From the NCBI GenBank assembly GCA_010093815.1, contig ML996576.1: 64,000 nucleotides of DNA. One strand, 5' to 3'. Numbering within the stretch: position 1 is the stretch's first letter; each line of letters starts with the position of its first letter. A program made the position numbers and the translations under genes. Positions 10,646 through 22,600 of the stretch are shown here, one piece after another. This DNA comes from Pseudovirgaria hyperparasitica. Lineage: Eukaryota. Below the pieces are notes generated by a model. The model was not told the DNA's origin. It saw nothing but the letters and a program-made list of their open reading frames with translations, and made no database searches.

Positions 10646-11306
10646 TTGGTCTGCCGATATGATCATGAAGAGTCGCGCCGAAATTCGCGTCCCAGACATA
10701 CAGTAGAAGAGTTGGAATGTTCCTCACCTAACACCCTCATTTCGTCTTGCTTGCTCCTTTTTGTAGATCTCACTATAGCATGAATTAAAGCAAAGTTGTT
10801 GCCCGGGCCATGATTCTGAACCGATATCCAACTCTGACTGATCACAAACGTGTGATTGATATTTGTACTTTCCCGTCCCATCCACATCGCCCATACTGCT
10901 CCCTGCAATATACGAACGGGTTCTACGAGTTACCTAAGCTAATTTGGTAGAGATGACTGCGGGGGCAACTTTGCTGCAGTTGCAGGTACGGCTTACGTAG
11001 GGGAAGGAGGTAGTGCCTTTCCTGCCTCCAACACCGAAGCAGGTTTCAGCTACCCACACACGCTAGAAAAAACCTACACGATACTTGCACTCACGATTTC
11101 AGTTCAGAAATCTGTCAGTTCCAAATTCTCCTGCTTCCCTCAAGATCGGCACACAGCTCCCATTTCCGCTCTACATCCGACTCTTTGAGAGTGGAAGATC
11201 TCAATAGTAAGGGATCAAGTCGACTGTCTGAGATCGTACCGATAAAGTTAACATTTCCCAGAACTCGTAGCGATTGACGTTATCACAACGTCCCTATTTA
11301 GCAGTC

Positions 11307-12462
11307 ATGTCGGCTAAGATCTTTCTGTACGCTTTGCCCAAAATCCACTAACAGATAGAAAAAGCTTTAGTCAAATTGTAACACGGGACATCTATGATGA
11401 CCCTGTGAACCACGTGCCTTCAGCTAAAGTTTCCCTAGAACTGGCGGCACCGGATACATCGGCGGCGACGTCCTCTACACGATTGTCCACACCCATCCTG
11501 AATACGACATCTCAGCCCTCGTCCGCGATAGCACCAAAGGTGCCCTCTTCGCAAAGCAGTACCCCCAGCTCCGCCTCGTCTACGGCACTCTTGACGACAC
11601 TCAGCTCCTTGCCAAAGAAGCTGCCGCTGCAGATATCGTAGTCCACTGCGCCCACGCCGACCACGTAGCCTCTGCCGAAGCCCTCATCAAGGGTCTCACG
11701 GGAAAGCCATCCGGTAAAGGCTTCCTGATCCATACGGGCGGCTCGGGCATTCTCTGCGCCGATGATCTGGAAACTGGAAGGTACGGGGAGCCATCGGATC
11801 AGGTGTATGATGATTGGGATGGCCTCAGCGTTGTGACGAGTCTACCTGACTCAGCTCCACATCGGATTGTAGACAAAGTTGTACTTGCCGGCGCATCGGA
11901 TGCGTTGAAGACGGCGATTGTTTGTCCACCTACTATCTATGGTCTTGGGCGTGGACCAGGCAATCATCGCTCTATCCAGGCGTACAGTATGACTCGCACG
12001 ACGCTCAAGCGAGGAAAAGGTGTACGAGTAGGGAAAGGCTTAAATAATTGGACAATGGTCCACGTGCATGACTTGTCTGGCTTGTTCCTCACCCTTGTCG
12101 AGGCAGCAGCACGGGGCGGTGGCAAGGCCGCCTGGGGCGCGGAAGGGTACTATTTCGCCGAGAATGGAGAGTTCCTGTGGGGTGAGGTCAGCGAGGCGAT
12201 TGCGAAGGAGACTGCGAAAAGAGGCTTCACAAAGACAGATGAAGTCGAAAGTATTGGTTCTGAGGAGGCTGATAAAGAGTGCGTCTCCGGTGCTTTCTTG
12301 TGGGGGACAAACTCAAGATGTAAGGCGATTCGGGCGCGAAAAGTACTTGGATGGGAACCTAAGGGCAAGAGCTTGTGGAGCGAGATTCCGGATATCGTTG
12401 ATGGTGAGGCGAAGGCTGTAGGCATGGTGAAGGGACATGCTGCCCTTGCTGCTGGACAGTGA
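11307..12462 (+). CDS. NAD(P)-binding Rossmann-fold epimerase/dehydratase family protein (atypical SDR), 2 exons
   Basis: Intron 11327-11438 joins MSAKIFL|TGGTGYIGGDVL (GxxGxxG). Later motifs IHTGGSG, AIVCPPTIYG, VHVHDL and ARKVLGW. Confidence 0.88.
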
Positions 12463-12692
12463 GTGAGATCCATCACCACGTATGTTGGTCTTAAGTTAGG
12501 GGTACTGTAGACAAGCCATCCATGAAGGCTGGAAAGCTATGTAAAGATTCAGATTCCATAGTCCAAATGTTATAGTGCATATGTTACAAAGCCACTTTTA
12601 GTAGCTTGACTTGATTCTTGGGGTTCAATCTATCCCAACATACTTGGTAAATTGAGCCGCTGAAACCTCCATGACTCCCTCACTTGACTCGC

Positions 12693-13169
12693 CTACTTCT
12701 TCTTCTTCTTACGTTTATTCACTGTAAGTCGGTTAGCACTCGCCCTTGACATCCTCTCTCGTCGTATTATCTCCTCAAGGGAAACTCACTATTCTGTCCT
12801 TTCAACTTCTTCGGCGCACCCTTGCCCTTCGACCTTCGATCTTCAAGCTTCGCAACCCTCTTCTCCTCGTATTCATCTGGAAATTCGTATCCTGGATATG
12901 CTTTTCGCATCATCTTGATGGACGCATGTTTCAATGGGTAGTAGGATTCGACGGACGGCCCGCGAAGACGTTGTCGTAGCACAAATGTGCCTTGACGAAC
13001 CTGTGTGGGATTGAATACGGCGGAAAAGATTCGTGTGCGGACCTGGTGCTATTAGTTGCATTCTGGGATGGAAGGTATGGTCGTGGTGTCGAGCTGTGAT
13101 TGAGAAACAAAGGAAAATCTGGAAACATACTTTCAACAAGTCCATTAACCTCTGCTTCGGAACGGACAT
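12693..13169 (-). CDS. RSM27: Mitochondrial small ribosomal subunit protein mS33/Rsm27, 3 exons
   Basis: Introns 13130-13043 and 12789-12722. Product MSVPKQRLMDLLKVRTRIFSAVFNPTQVRQGTFVLRQRLRGPSVESYYP...KGKGAPKKLKGQNMNKRKKKKK*. Confidence 0.9.
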
Positions 13170-13381
13170 GGTCGATACAGTCGCGCGTCGCCCAGCGCGC
13201 TTGTCGTGGTGTGTCGTCGATCGATACGGAGGTGAGCTGCGGCATTCTGGGCGGAGGTTCAAAATCACCCGGCAGCTCCTCGGCGCAACTGGCGGCCTGT
13301 GCAAAAATAAAAAATATTGTCTAATGCCTTTTCGAAAATTGCTATGGGATGTTCCTGCTCCGCACACACATATCCTTAGCC

Positions 13382-14932
13382 ATGGATCAAATGAATCCCG
13401 AACGAGCTCGCCTTCTGGACACAGGTGGCAGCAGTGCCGGCGCGGCAGCTGGCAAGAGGAGCTTCAATGACGCGATGGGCGATGGCAATTCTGGGTTCAA
13501 CAAAAGAGGGAAATTTGACGGCCGTGGAAGAAGTGCCAGGGGCTTTCAGCGTGGAAGGGGTGGTGGAGGACCGCAGAGCAGTGGTGGTAATAATATTCCT
13601 ATTGGGTCGCGCGAGGGGACTGAGTCTCTCGGATTTGATGGCATGGCTGATGATGCTCTGGCGAAGCCACAGAAGCGTGCGAATGAATTCGTGAAACCTA
13701 ACGCGAGACCTAAATTTGGCTCTTCATCATCGACACTGGTAGATGAGCGGGCGTTCGGTTCAGGAGCCGGGGCATCGAATACCTCATCCTCGTTGCCAGA
13801 GCAAGTCAATAGTAACACACAACTACCGGTTTCGGAAATGGCTGCTATCGTCTCCAAGGGAAGACAGTCACTACCGCCTGCGCCTAAAATCCTGCCAGAG
13901 CTCGAGACTTTGGTGTTCACTCACACAACATCAAATCTGAAGAACAATTACGAACGACTGGAGTTTCTTGGAGACGCTTATGTGGAACTTGCAGCCTCCC
14001 GTCTCATCTTCAACCTTCAACGCAATCTGCCACCTTCAAGAATGTCAAGGCTGAGGGAAAAGCTGGTTCGCAACACGACCCTGGCTGCATTCAGCCAAGA
14101 GTACGGGTTCGACGTCAAGCTCAAGTATCAGGGAGACATAAAGAGCCACATATCAGGCTGGACAAAGATCTTGGGCGATGTCTTCGAAGCGTACGCTGCG
14201 GCTGTTGTACTCTCAAATCCGGCTACCGGTATCCTGGAGTTGGAAAAGTGGTTAGCAGTTTTGTGGGCCAAAGAAGTGTCTGACGCTCCAGAGGCAGTTG
14301 CCCCCTTGTACGACTTCGGAGATAAGGTTCAGGAGTTGCATTTGCTGCTAGACCATCCAGGCCACCGCCTTCTGATAGAATTGACGAAGAGTGAACTAGA
14401 TGCAAAGGAAGGCCTGACAACATATTGGGTCACTGCCAGTATCGAAGATCGCTATGGAAAACGCCTTCTTGCCAAAGGACAAGGGCATAGCTTGAAGGAA
14501 GCAAAGTATGATGCTGCCCTCAAAGCCCTTGCTGACAGGAATGTAAGCTTCAATCAAGTCCTTGAGCGCAAGCAAAAATGGGAGGCTCAGCTGGCAGAAG
14601 AGACAGCCAAGAAGGCTGCCACTGGTGACGGAAAAAACGACCCTGTGCTAGTCTACGAGCGCCAGACACGGCATTTCGAAAATGCGACCAAACGGGTGAC
14701 GGCTACCGAAGAAGCACTTGAGAGCTTCCGCAAGCAGCTTGACGCTGATCCCAGCGATGAGTCAGCATTGGCGGGAGTCAAGCGAACAGTCGTGGCTCTT
14801 AAGAAAGAAAAGTTGAAGCTCGACCAGGCAGAGAGGAAACTGGCTGAGGCTAAGCTGGCTCTTCCTGCTGATGTGCCCAGTTCCAAGTCAAAACCTACAG
14901 AGAAGGAGATCAGGAACGGAAATCAGGATCAA

Positions 14933-14964
<32 letters not shown>

Positions 14965-15316
14965 TGATAGTGATAGTAGCAGCGATGGTGACAACGACAA
15001 CATCAAGAACAAGGAAAACGTCAGTGATAGCGATAGCGATAGTGACAGCGACGGCAGCTCGTCGGGGTCAAGCAGCTCTGCCCAATCAGAGAAAAAGGGG
15101 TCAAAGAAGAAAGAGCTCACCAAGAAACAACAGAGGATCATCAATGCTAGGAAGGAAAGGAAGGCACTCAAATTGGAGAAACGCGAGAAGCGCAAGCCAT
15201 ATTTAGAGAAGGCTAAAGAACTCAAGAAGAAGCAAAAGGAGCAGTCCAAGCACAAGGAGAAGGAAACGACAACCAAGAAGGAAAAAAAGACCAAGAAGGA
15301 AAGGAAGGAGAATTGA
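13382..15316 (+). CDS. Ribonuclease III family protein (Rnt1/Pac1-like) with dsRBD-like region and Ser-Asp/Lys-rich tail
   Basis: NYERLEFLGDA signature and GDVFEAY (acidic catalytic residues intact). GQGHSLKEAKYDAALKAL resembles a dsRBD end. Intronless; first ATG at 13382. Confidence 0.88.
14933..14980 (+). repeat. (AGCGAC)n/(AGTGAT)n coding microsatellite encoding Ser-Asp repeats
   Basis: Tandem hexamers inside the RNase III CDS; a second shorter tract lies near 15023-15052. Confidence 0.85.
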
Positions 15317-15493
15317 GCGAAGAAGTCTCCTTAAGGGTGACCATGGCACCCCGAAGTCTTTCATGGTCATTTTATCCTCTGTTGGATTGTTAGAGGATTT
15401 ACAAAAAACCTGTATCATAAGACTTCTTCGTATTGGATGCAGTCCAAAACACCATCGTCTTCCCAGCGCCAAGACAAAGTACCTCAAGCTCAC

Positions 15494-16284
15494 CTACAAC
15501 TTCGCCCTTCCCCCTATCCCAGAATCCCTCTCAAATTCCTCATCCCATGCCACCCGCACCGCACTATGCGCCTCTCGCGTTGGCACATTCACCTTATGAT
15601 GCTCCGCCGTCGCATACACCGTCTTCCCATTCACACTACCCATCGTGCCCCTCATCATCGCCATCGTGCGCCCCATTTGCGTCACCGTCGCCTCCACCCT
15701 AACCGTCGTGCCAATCGGCACAGCGCGCAGGAACGAAACGTTCAGCGTGCGCGTCACCCCGCCGAGGAACGTAAATTGCCCCGGCCGTGCGAGTGGGCAT
15801 AGCGCGCTAGTCGTGAGCATGTCGAAGATTGTGCTCGCGGCGCCGCCATGGAGGACGCCTGCATGGGGGCGGAAAGTTGTCAGTTGTGGAGTGGGATGGG
15901 ATGGAAGGGGGAATGAAAGGGGGCGAGGGTATGTACCGTTTATGTTTGCAAAGTGAGGCGTGATGTCGATATGGAATACGACGTGGCCGGAAGGTGAAGC
16001 ATCGATAAGCTTTGCATTCCGCATTACTTCGTCATCCCATTCCTGACCGGGTCGATCAAACGTCAGAGGAAGCTTTTCCGCGATGTGCTAGTGGCTTGGC
16101 GTGGTGTTGACGGGAGACTTACGATGCGCTTTTTGGGCAGTTTGGCTGCGATTAGATGGTAGCTGGGGTGGTCTTAGTCTTGCGCAGGAGTATAGAAGGG
16201 GACCTTTTGTGATAATTACCGCTCGAACATGGCGTTCACTGCTCGCATGACCTTTGCCCGTGCAGCCGTGTGTTCGGACGCCAT
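15494..16284 (-). CDS. PaaI/ACOT13-like acyl-CoA thioesterase (hotdog fold), 4 exons
   Basis: Spliced product MASEHTAARAKVMRAVNAMFER|YHLIAAKLPKKRI|EWDDEVMRNAKLI..NING|VLHGGAASTIFD..GGVTRTLNVSFLRAVP..TAEHHKVN, with GT..AG introns. Confidence 0.87.
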
Positions 16285-17079
16285 TTTTCTGGCTTTGATG
16301 GAGTTTCGTGGTTGCGTATAGGGACATGCGGTATGAGTGATTCTAGAGGGTGTAATGATGTCTGTTTCTTACGCAGGGCATGGTATTATTGATCTGTAGA
16401 TGTTAGTTTCCTTGTTAGACAAGATCCGGTACAGTGAGGTTAGTAGCCTCGGCATTGTTATATCCATATCGGGTTTAGCTCGTACTACTGTTGATGTTTT
16501 CTGATGGTACCTTCTTCTGTTCGCTTCAGACGATCAAAATAAGACATCGGACCAACAAGCCGAATATTGCGAGAGCGGGTGAGTTGTTGGCATATTTCGC
16601 CCGCTTTAAGACTCATTATTCGGCGATGTCTGCTGGCCAGCCCCCAGATCTGTTCAGGTTAAGAATATGATTTTATGAATACTCTCGACGCTTGGAACCA
16701 CGAAAGAGCCTCTTGGATACTGACAGCCATGACCTTCAATCATGCCATATTTAGGTGATCATGGAAATGATATATTATAGAGTACTTTTGACGACTACGG
16801 AATTCGCTTTTCGGCCTGCTCGATATCAATAATTCAGACGCTGGAATTGCCTCCGAGGGGAAAGGCTTGGAATTGGTATATTAAATTTGCTTGATTGAAC
16901 CGCATGAATCACTGTTTGGCCACCTGGCCTTGCAAGCCGTGAAGCTGTGAGATGTACGAAAGTTCTAAAAACAAAGAAAGACATCCCGAACGCCCTGTCT
17001 CATCTGACGACCCAACCATTTACGCGCTCCTGCGTCCTCTCCGCCCTCCACTCCATTTTGCACAAGCTCCCTATTCCGT

Positions 17080-19638
17080 TCAATCCCAGGAGCCCGGCCA
17101 GCTGGGGTATTCAGGCTCCGTCTCCGCAAGCCTTGCATACTCAGCCGATGCGAACGGGAGGGTCTGGATGTAGTAGGCAAACTCCGCGTTCTCCTCCTCC
17201 CCTACCACGTCCTCTGGACCGAAACGCCTGGTCATTTGCTCCTCGGGCATTTCGACGAATTTGTGCTCGGGCAGCAAGACCTGGTCTCCCGTGTCAGGGG
17301 ATACTTGATTCTCCTCCTCATTATCGTCAACCTCCTCCTCCTCCTCCACCTCCTCCTCCGCCTCCGCCTCCGCCTCCGCCTCCTCCGCCTCCTCCTCCTC
17401 CTGCTGCTGCTGCTGCTGTGTGGCGTCTGGTACAGCGGAATTGTTGCCCAAGAAGAATGCCTGTGGACCAATGCCCTGATTGGGATTGTAGACCTGATTG
17501 TTTCCATACTCATGGTATGGGAATTGAGGGAATGTCTGTGCGTATACGTCCTGCTCGCTAAGGAACTGGTATGATGGATCAATGGACGCAAAACTGGGGA
17601 TCGGTTCCGTGTGAACCTTACTATCAGTCTGAGACTGTTCCTGAGCATAAAAGCCGTCGATTGACATCTCATTGGGAGCGCTAGGATCCATAAACGCGTT
17701 GTTGTCATGGTAGTATGGTACGGTAGACATAGCTGGCCCAGCCGCAAAGTCGAGTTCTGGTGGGGGTGCAAGATTGGAGCCAAGTGTGTCGAGAAGATCT
17801 TGCTCAGCCATCACGGAGCCGTAGAGAGGCGTACTACTGTTCTGATGTCGAAAACTTTGGGATCGAGGGCGAGCCGGGCCTAGCGGGCCTGGAGACATAG
17901 TTGGTATTTCAGAGTATTGATGCATATACTCTGTCTGGATTGGGCCGATGCTCTCTGGGTCTGGTTCTGTCCGTGATTGAGGATTCTTTCGAGATCTGCG
18001 TGCCCTTTTCGGGGGCTTGGGGTTTTGTTGCTCGTTGTTGTCATGGTTAGACAAGACAGCGTCAGGATCTTCAACACCAGAATCACCCAAAGAGCGCAAG
18101 CCTGTGGTACCCGGAGCACTGAATGAGCGAGCATCGGTGGCACCACCAGTGCCGAAAGAGTGAAAGTCGTTGAAAGTAGTCTCACCAAAATAGCTTCCCA
18201 TATGGTTCTGAAGACAGTCAGCTATTCCACCGGAATCGTTTTGCATTGGATGAATGGGCTGCTCCTCCTGAGTCTCGATAGAGTTAACAAACGATGAAGT
18301 ATTGAAGCCTTCGTTTTCTGTTGCGTCCGGGGTATCTGCGCGCTTACGCTTCTCATTAATGAGCAACTTGGAAATGTCGACTTTCAGGATGACGAGACAG
18401 CTTCTACCAGTGGGAGTCTTGTTTGACGATGATTGGGCTTCAGGGCTGCCTAGCTCGATACCACTGCTGTTCTCTTTCGAGCTCTGGTCATCGAGAGATT
18501 CAAAAGCATCATCGTGATCAGCAGGCAACTGGTAGCTGGGCCGGTTGGCTCTTGTGGCTCTCTTTGGCCCTCTTCTGTTCCGCTTAGAAATAGTAACACC
18601 ATACTCTCCGTCAGAGCCGTCTGATTCTGGGAGATCCTCAAGTGGGGTGGATGAAGAGACACCGAGAGATGTAGCTTTCTTGCCCTTCTTCGCCTTCTTC
18701 CCCTTCTTCGTCTTCTTTGGTGGGCGACGAATTGGGCTGTCATCGACAAAAGTATTAAGAGAGGGACGTGCCCTTTCCTCATCGGAGTCAGATTCATCTC
18801 CAAAACCAGCAGCATTGGTCGTGGCAGTGTTTCCGCGTGTGCTACTTCGCACACCGCGATGGGAGCCCCTGGCTACTGAGACCTGATGCCGCTGGTCGCC
18901 ATGTTGTGCCGCCCCTTGATTTTCCGAGGCGCTGCGAGTGTTCTGTTCAACACCATCACCTGCTTTCTCGGCTTTGCGTTGGTCCCGGGAGTTCTGTAGA
19001 TTGATGCGACGCTTATCAATCAATTCGGGGACGATCCTACCATTCGCCATGAGCTCGTTGCGCCACTTGACAAACTTTTGTTCAGTCGCATCGGGAGTGG
19101 GCTCCTCCTTCAAACATCCAAGAACGTTCTTGGTGAGCAACGTGTAGACCTTGGCTCGGTCTTTCAAGATATCCCATAGAGCTCTCTCGGCGTTCAGAAG
19201 CATGAGCATCCGGATGTCCTTTTCTGTAACTTGTAAGCAGCCTGCGAAGCTCAATGATATCCCAAACTTACGATCCCAGCTAACCAAGTTGCGTACCTTC
19301 TCACGGGCGATTGAAGTCTTCGGAACACTACTATCGATCTTCCGACCTTTAACTTTCTCATGGGCACCTGGTGGATCTCGGTTGCTACTCTTCGTAAGAT
19401 CTTTCGAAGTAACGGAAGAGCTAGCTGTCACCGTATCACCCAAGGACTGCTCAGACGGCTGAGTGACTTTAGTGAGTTTGACATACTCTCTATCTTTACC
19501 CGGAGCTCCATCCTCAAAGATCTTTACTGCGACTTCTGGATTGGTGAGAGAGACCTCGAGACCTGCAAAATCTGACTTGACGATAGTCGCGGCGTGCTCA
19601 GGTTGAACACTGTCTGCACGGTTTCTGACTTGAGACAT
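17080..19638 (-). CDS. Hypothetical 852-aa, largely low-complexity/disordered protein
   Basis: Long uninterrupted ORF with an ATG in good context. Basic clusters (KKTKKGKKAKKGKK, PPKRARRSRK) and a poly-Q/E tract. No family recognised. Confidence 0.7.
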   Translation of the reverse strand: MSQVRNRADSVQPEHAATIVKSDFAGLEVSLTNPEVAVKIFEDGAPGKDREYVKLTKVTQPSEQSLGDTVTASSSVTSKDLTKSSNRDPPGAHEKVKGRKIDSSVPKTSIAREKVRNLVSWDRKFGISLSFAGCLQVTEKDIRMLMLLNAERALWDILKDRAKVYTLLTKNVLGCLKEEPTPDATEQKFVKWRNELMANGRIVPELIDKRRINLQNSRDQRKAEKAGDGVEQNTRSASENQGAAQHGDQRHQVSVARGSHRGVRSSTRGNTATTNAAGFGDESDSDEERARPSLNTFVDDSPIRRPPKKTKKGKKAKKGKKATSLGVSSSTPLEDLPESDGSDGEYGVTISKRNRRGPKRATRANRPSYQLPADHDDAFESLDDQSSKENSSGIELGSPEAQSSSNKTPTGRSCLVILKVDISKLLINEKRKRADTPDATENEGFNTSSFVNSIETQEEQPIHPMQNDSGGIADCLQNHMGSYFGETTFNDFHSFGTGGATDARSFSAPGTTGLRSLGDSGVEDPDAVLSNHDNNEQQNPKPPKRARRSRKNPQSRTEPDPESIGPIQTEYMHQYSEIPTMSPGPLGPARPRSQSFRHQNSSTPLYGSVMAEQDLLDTLGSNLAPPPELDFAAGPAMSTVPYYHDNNAFMDPSAPNEMSIDGFYAQEQSQTDSKVHTEPIPSFASIDPSYQFLSEQDVYAQTFPQFPYHEYGNNQVYNPNQGIGPQAFFLGNNSAVPDATQQQQQQEEEEAEEAEAEAEAEEEVEEEEEVDDNEEENQVSPDTGDQVLLPEHKFVEMPEEQMTRRFGPEDVVGEEENAEFAYYIQTLPFASAEYARLAETEPEYPSWPGSWD
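17331..17418. repeat. Compound microsatellite (CTC)n/(CTCCGC)n/(CTG)6 encoding QQQQQQEEEEAEEAEAEAEAEEE
   Basis: Directly visible tandem tri- and hexanucleotide units inside the 852-aa ORF. Confidence 0.9.
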
Positions 19639-22600
19639 GATGAACGCTTGAAGAGGTTTAGAAGTCCTGAGATCTTGAGTTTAACTGGAAACCTTACGTA
19701 GTGAGTGAGGCAAAATCAACTTTTGACGCGACACGAGATGAAATTGAGGCAGCAGATGGCTTTTGATGCATTGAAAGAAGATAGGACAGAAGGAAGATAG
19801 ATATCAGAAGTACTGAAGCCGAGAAATCTTCAATTGACAAGTAAACTCCGTTTTCTGAAGCTTGTTGCTAAAGAGTTGAGGTGAGGTTGGTCGGTGAACT
19901 TGAAGCTTTACCTCTAAAAACAGTGTGACTGTAAACACACTAAGCTACTTTGAGCTCTTTTGACACGTAGAAGTACGCTCACAAGCCGACTATACGAATC
20001 ACTACAGTGAATCGTTCTGAGATCTTAGATCTATTACTTATCCCTTGCTTGAAGGGCTAGCAGCAGCAAGGGCCTACGAACAATCACGCGGCTATGAATT
20101 CTGATCGAGGCTCTTATATAACTAGTTCAACAAGGATCAACTTTCGGCATCACAAACAGAACAACCGCAAATATGCTGTCACGCAGTCTATCTGGCGAAG
20201 CTCGTCTACGACGTGAGTTGATTTCAGACGTTCATGTCTCCTCAGTTGTATCACCTTGACTTTCACTGTAGGTCTAGTCGATATGTCGGAAACACTACAT
20301 TTCCTTCACTTCTCACTTGAGATGTTGTGATCAAAGCTTTCAAGCCCCGTACATCAAGGGTAGGGCCCTACAGACTATTAGAACTCTAGCCGCGCAAGCA
20401 TCTCAGTATATTATTTTCTGGCTTTGGGGCCGATATGGACATCCATAGCCACAAAGCAGCTTATGGCGGTCTAAGATCTATCTTCTATCTATCTATCTGC
20501 CTGAAGCCGAGTTATGGCATACCCCCAATGTTGGGCTGAGAATTGTGAAGGAGGCCTTAAGGGGGTGGGTGGCATCACCAAGACATGACTGCGCTTTGAG
20601 GAAGGACCTAGTGTAAAACCGTTGTTAGCTCCAGACTTCAAGGGATTTTAAGTATGAGACCATGTTTTGACATCAATCTTGCCTACAAACCGTGCGAAGC
20701 CATTCTCCAAATCTTTTGCTCGCTTCCATCAGTCACTCAATGTAGTCTGGCTACCAAGCTTTGCTTCGTCCATCTCACAGATCTCAGGATTATCCATGAT
20801 GCCATCAAGGCTTCCTTATGCCTCTCGAACTCATGTAAGTAGGCCCTCGTAGACCTTATACTGGCTGAACTATGTTAGTATCTTGCTTCCGAGTTAATTT
20901 CTTCTGCAGGAAGGACCCAGGGGCATTTCTTCAGATCTGAATGATCCCGAGTATTCCAACAGATATATAGACATGAAGGCTCGAATTGAAGTTGGTACTA
21001 GTCTCACAGTATCTAGTGGTGCTCGAATACTTGGCGTAAGGGAAAAGCGCGATTGCCAATCGTCTTTCATCGCAATCCAGATTAGACGAAGACTGCCAAA
21101 TCGACGAGAGGTATATTGTACGTTGAGGTTCGAAAGTAGATATAGCCATCTAGTATAGCCACTGGAGTGTCAGTGTTCTGACCAGCGAATAAATCTCTTA
21201 ACGATTGTAAGACGAAAGCCAGGGGTAGCGGTTACTTACCTTCAGAGTTGGAATCTCAGCGTCATATTCAATTCTCCGTATGTAGGAGTACCTATATGAG
21301 TTCATGTTGCGTAGTAATGGCTCTGCATGACCAAGTGTCTTCAGGCTTTCGGCGTTTAGCTAGTAGGCTACAGGCTTTTTGTGACCTGATGTATCAATGA
21401 CGGTGAGTAAATCGTTCGAAACCGTCTTATGTCCTCATTGATTACGAAGACTCCATGCTTCAGAATTTTAGTTCATTATGACAGCAGATTGGTAACAGGA
21501 TGATGGTTCTTGTCGGATTGAAAAAAAATTGGTGAAATCCCCGGCAGTTCATGAATGCTAGCATGATGAACTCTGCAAGAACGTCTGATATTCGTGTTAT
21601 ATTGCGCTACCGTGATGTAATCCAGCGTCTAAACGTATTCTCGGGCGATTCTGCTTGTAATTGTATGTTATTCAACGATGGATCAACTGATGACATTGAA
21701 ATTGGGGTTCCCTAAGTCTCGACCAATATTGCGACTTAACACGCGCCTGATAGGAATGCCTTAGCCGACAATGACAGTTGGAAGGAATATGAATATACTT
21801 ACTATATTATGAGTCCTCCGGTGCCCTAGACGAAGACATTCCTGCAGAATACTCGTTGCGATCGTGAACTTTGATCTTGTGGTATTGGTCGAATACATAA
21901 TCTCCAACAACCCTGTAGTGCTAAGGCCAGAAGTATCATGAAGCTGACAACAAACAGTTTGGGTATCATACCTGCACAGAGGTACTATGACGATAAAGGC
22001 GCATTATCGAATGGTGGTGTTTAGCATGCTCTGTACATGCCAGAGCGAAGAAAACATATGGAAGAAAGGCGCTAGTCAGCTTCACAAATTTTCAAGATTC
22101 CTGCGTCTACTTCACATATCTATGCTTATAATATGCGCAATCAATTTCTCCTTCGACAATATATTGCCCCCAACAAAAAGATTGAACCCTGGATATGATT
22201 AACATGAGATAGCGCTCTAGAGCTGCTTTGAGCTTGGGCGAGAGCGAGAGAGACTGCCATGAATCAGCCTCACCTTCCAGTTTCCAGCTTATACGGTTAC
22301 AGTAGTAGCTACAAGAACGATAGTCGCCTGGAAAGATGAACACAACGACCGCTTACCCATTGCTAGCCTATCATGGACGTCCAGCTATCCTCGCCCCTTA
22401 TTAACACATTTCAGGAGTGTTACACTCCCAGGGCACAAAAGATTCAAGGGATTTCAAGACAGACTGTCACGTCTGTTTTGTGTAAGTCTGGCTTCTACTA
22501 TAAGTCACCAGCAAGATGGACACCCGAGTATGAAAGGACTGAAAGAGATACATACTTTATAAAAAGACCTCCGGAAAGTGTTGATACAGCGCTCCAGCAT

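Noticed and set aside
16947..17783. ORFs with poly-Pro, poly-Arg or poly-Leu tracts
   Set aside because: Alternative-frame readings of the microsatellite within the 852-aa ORF.
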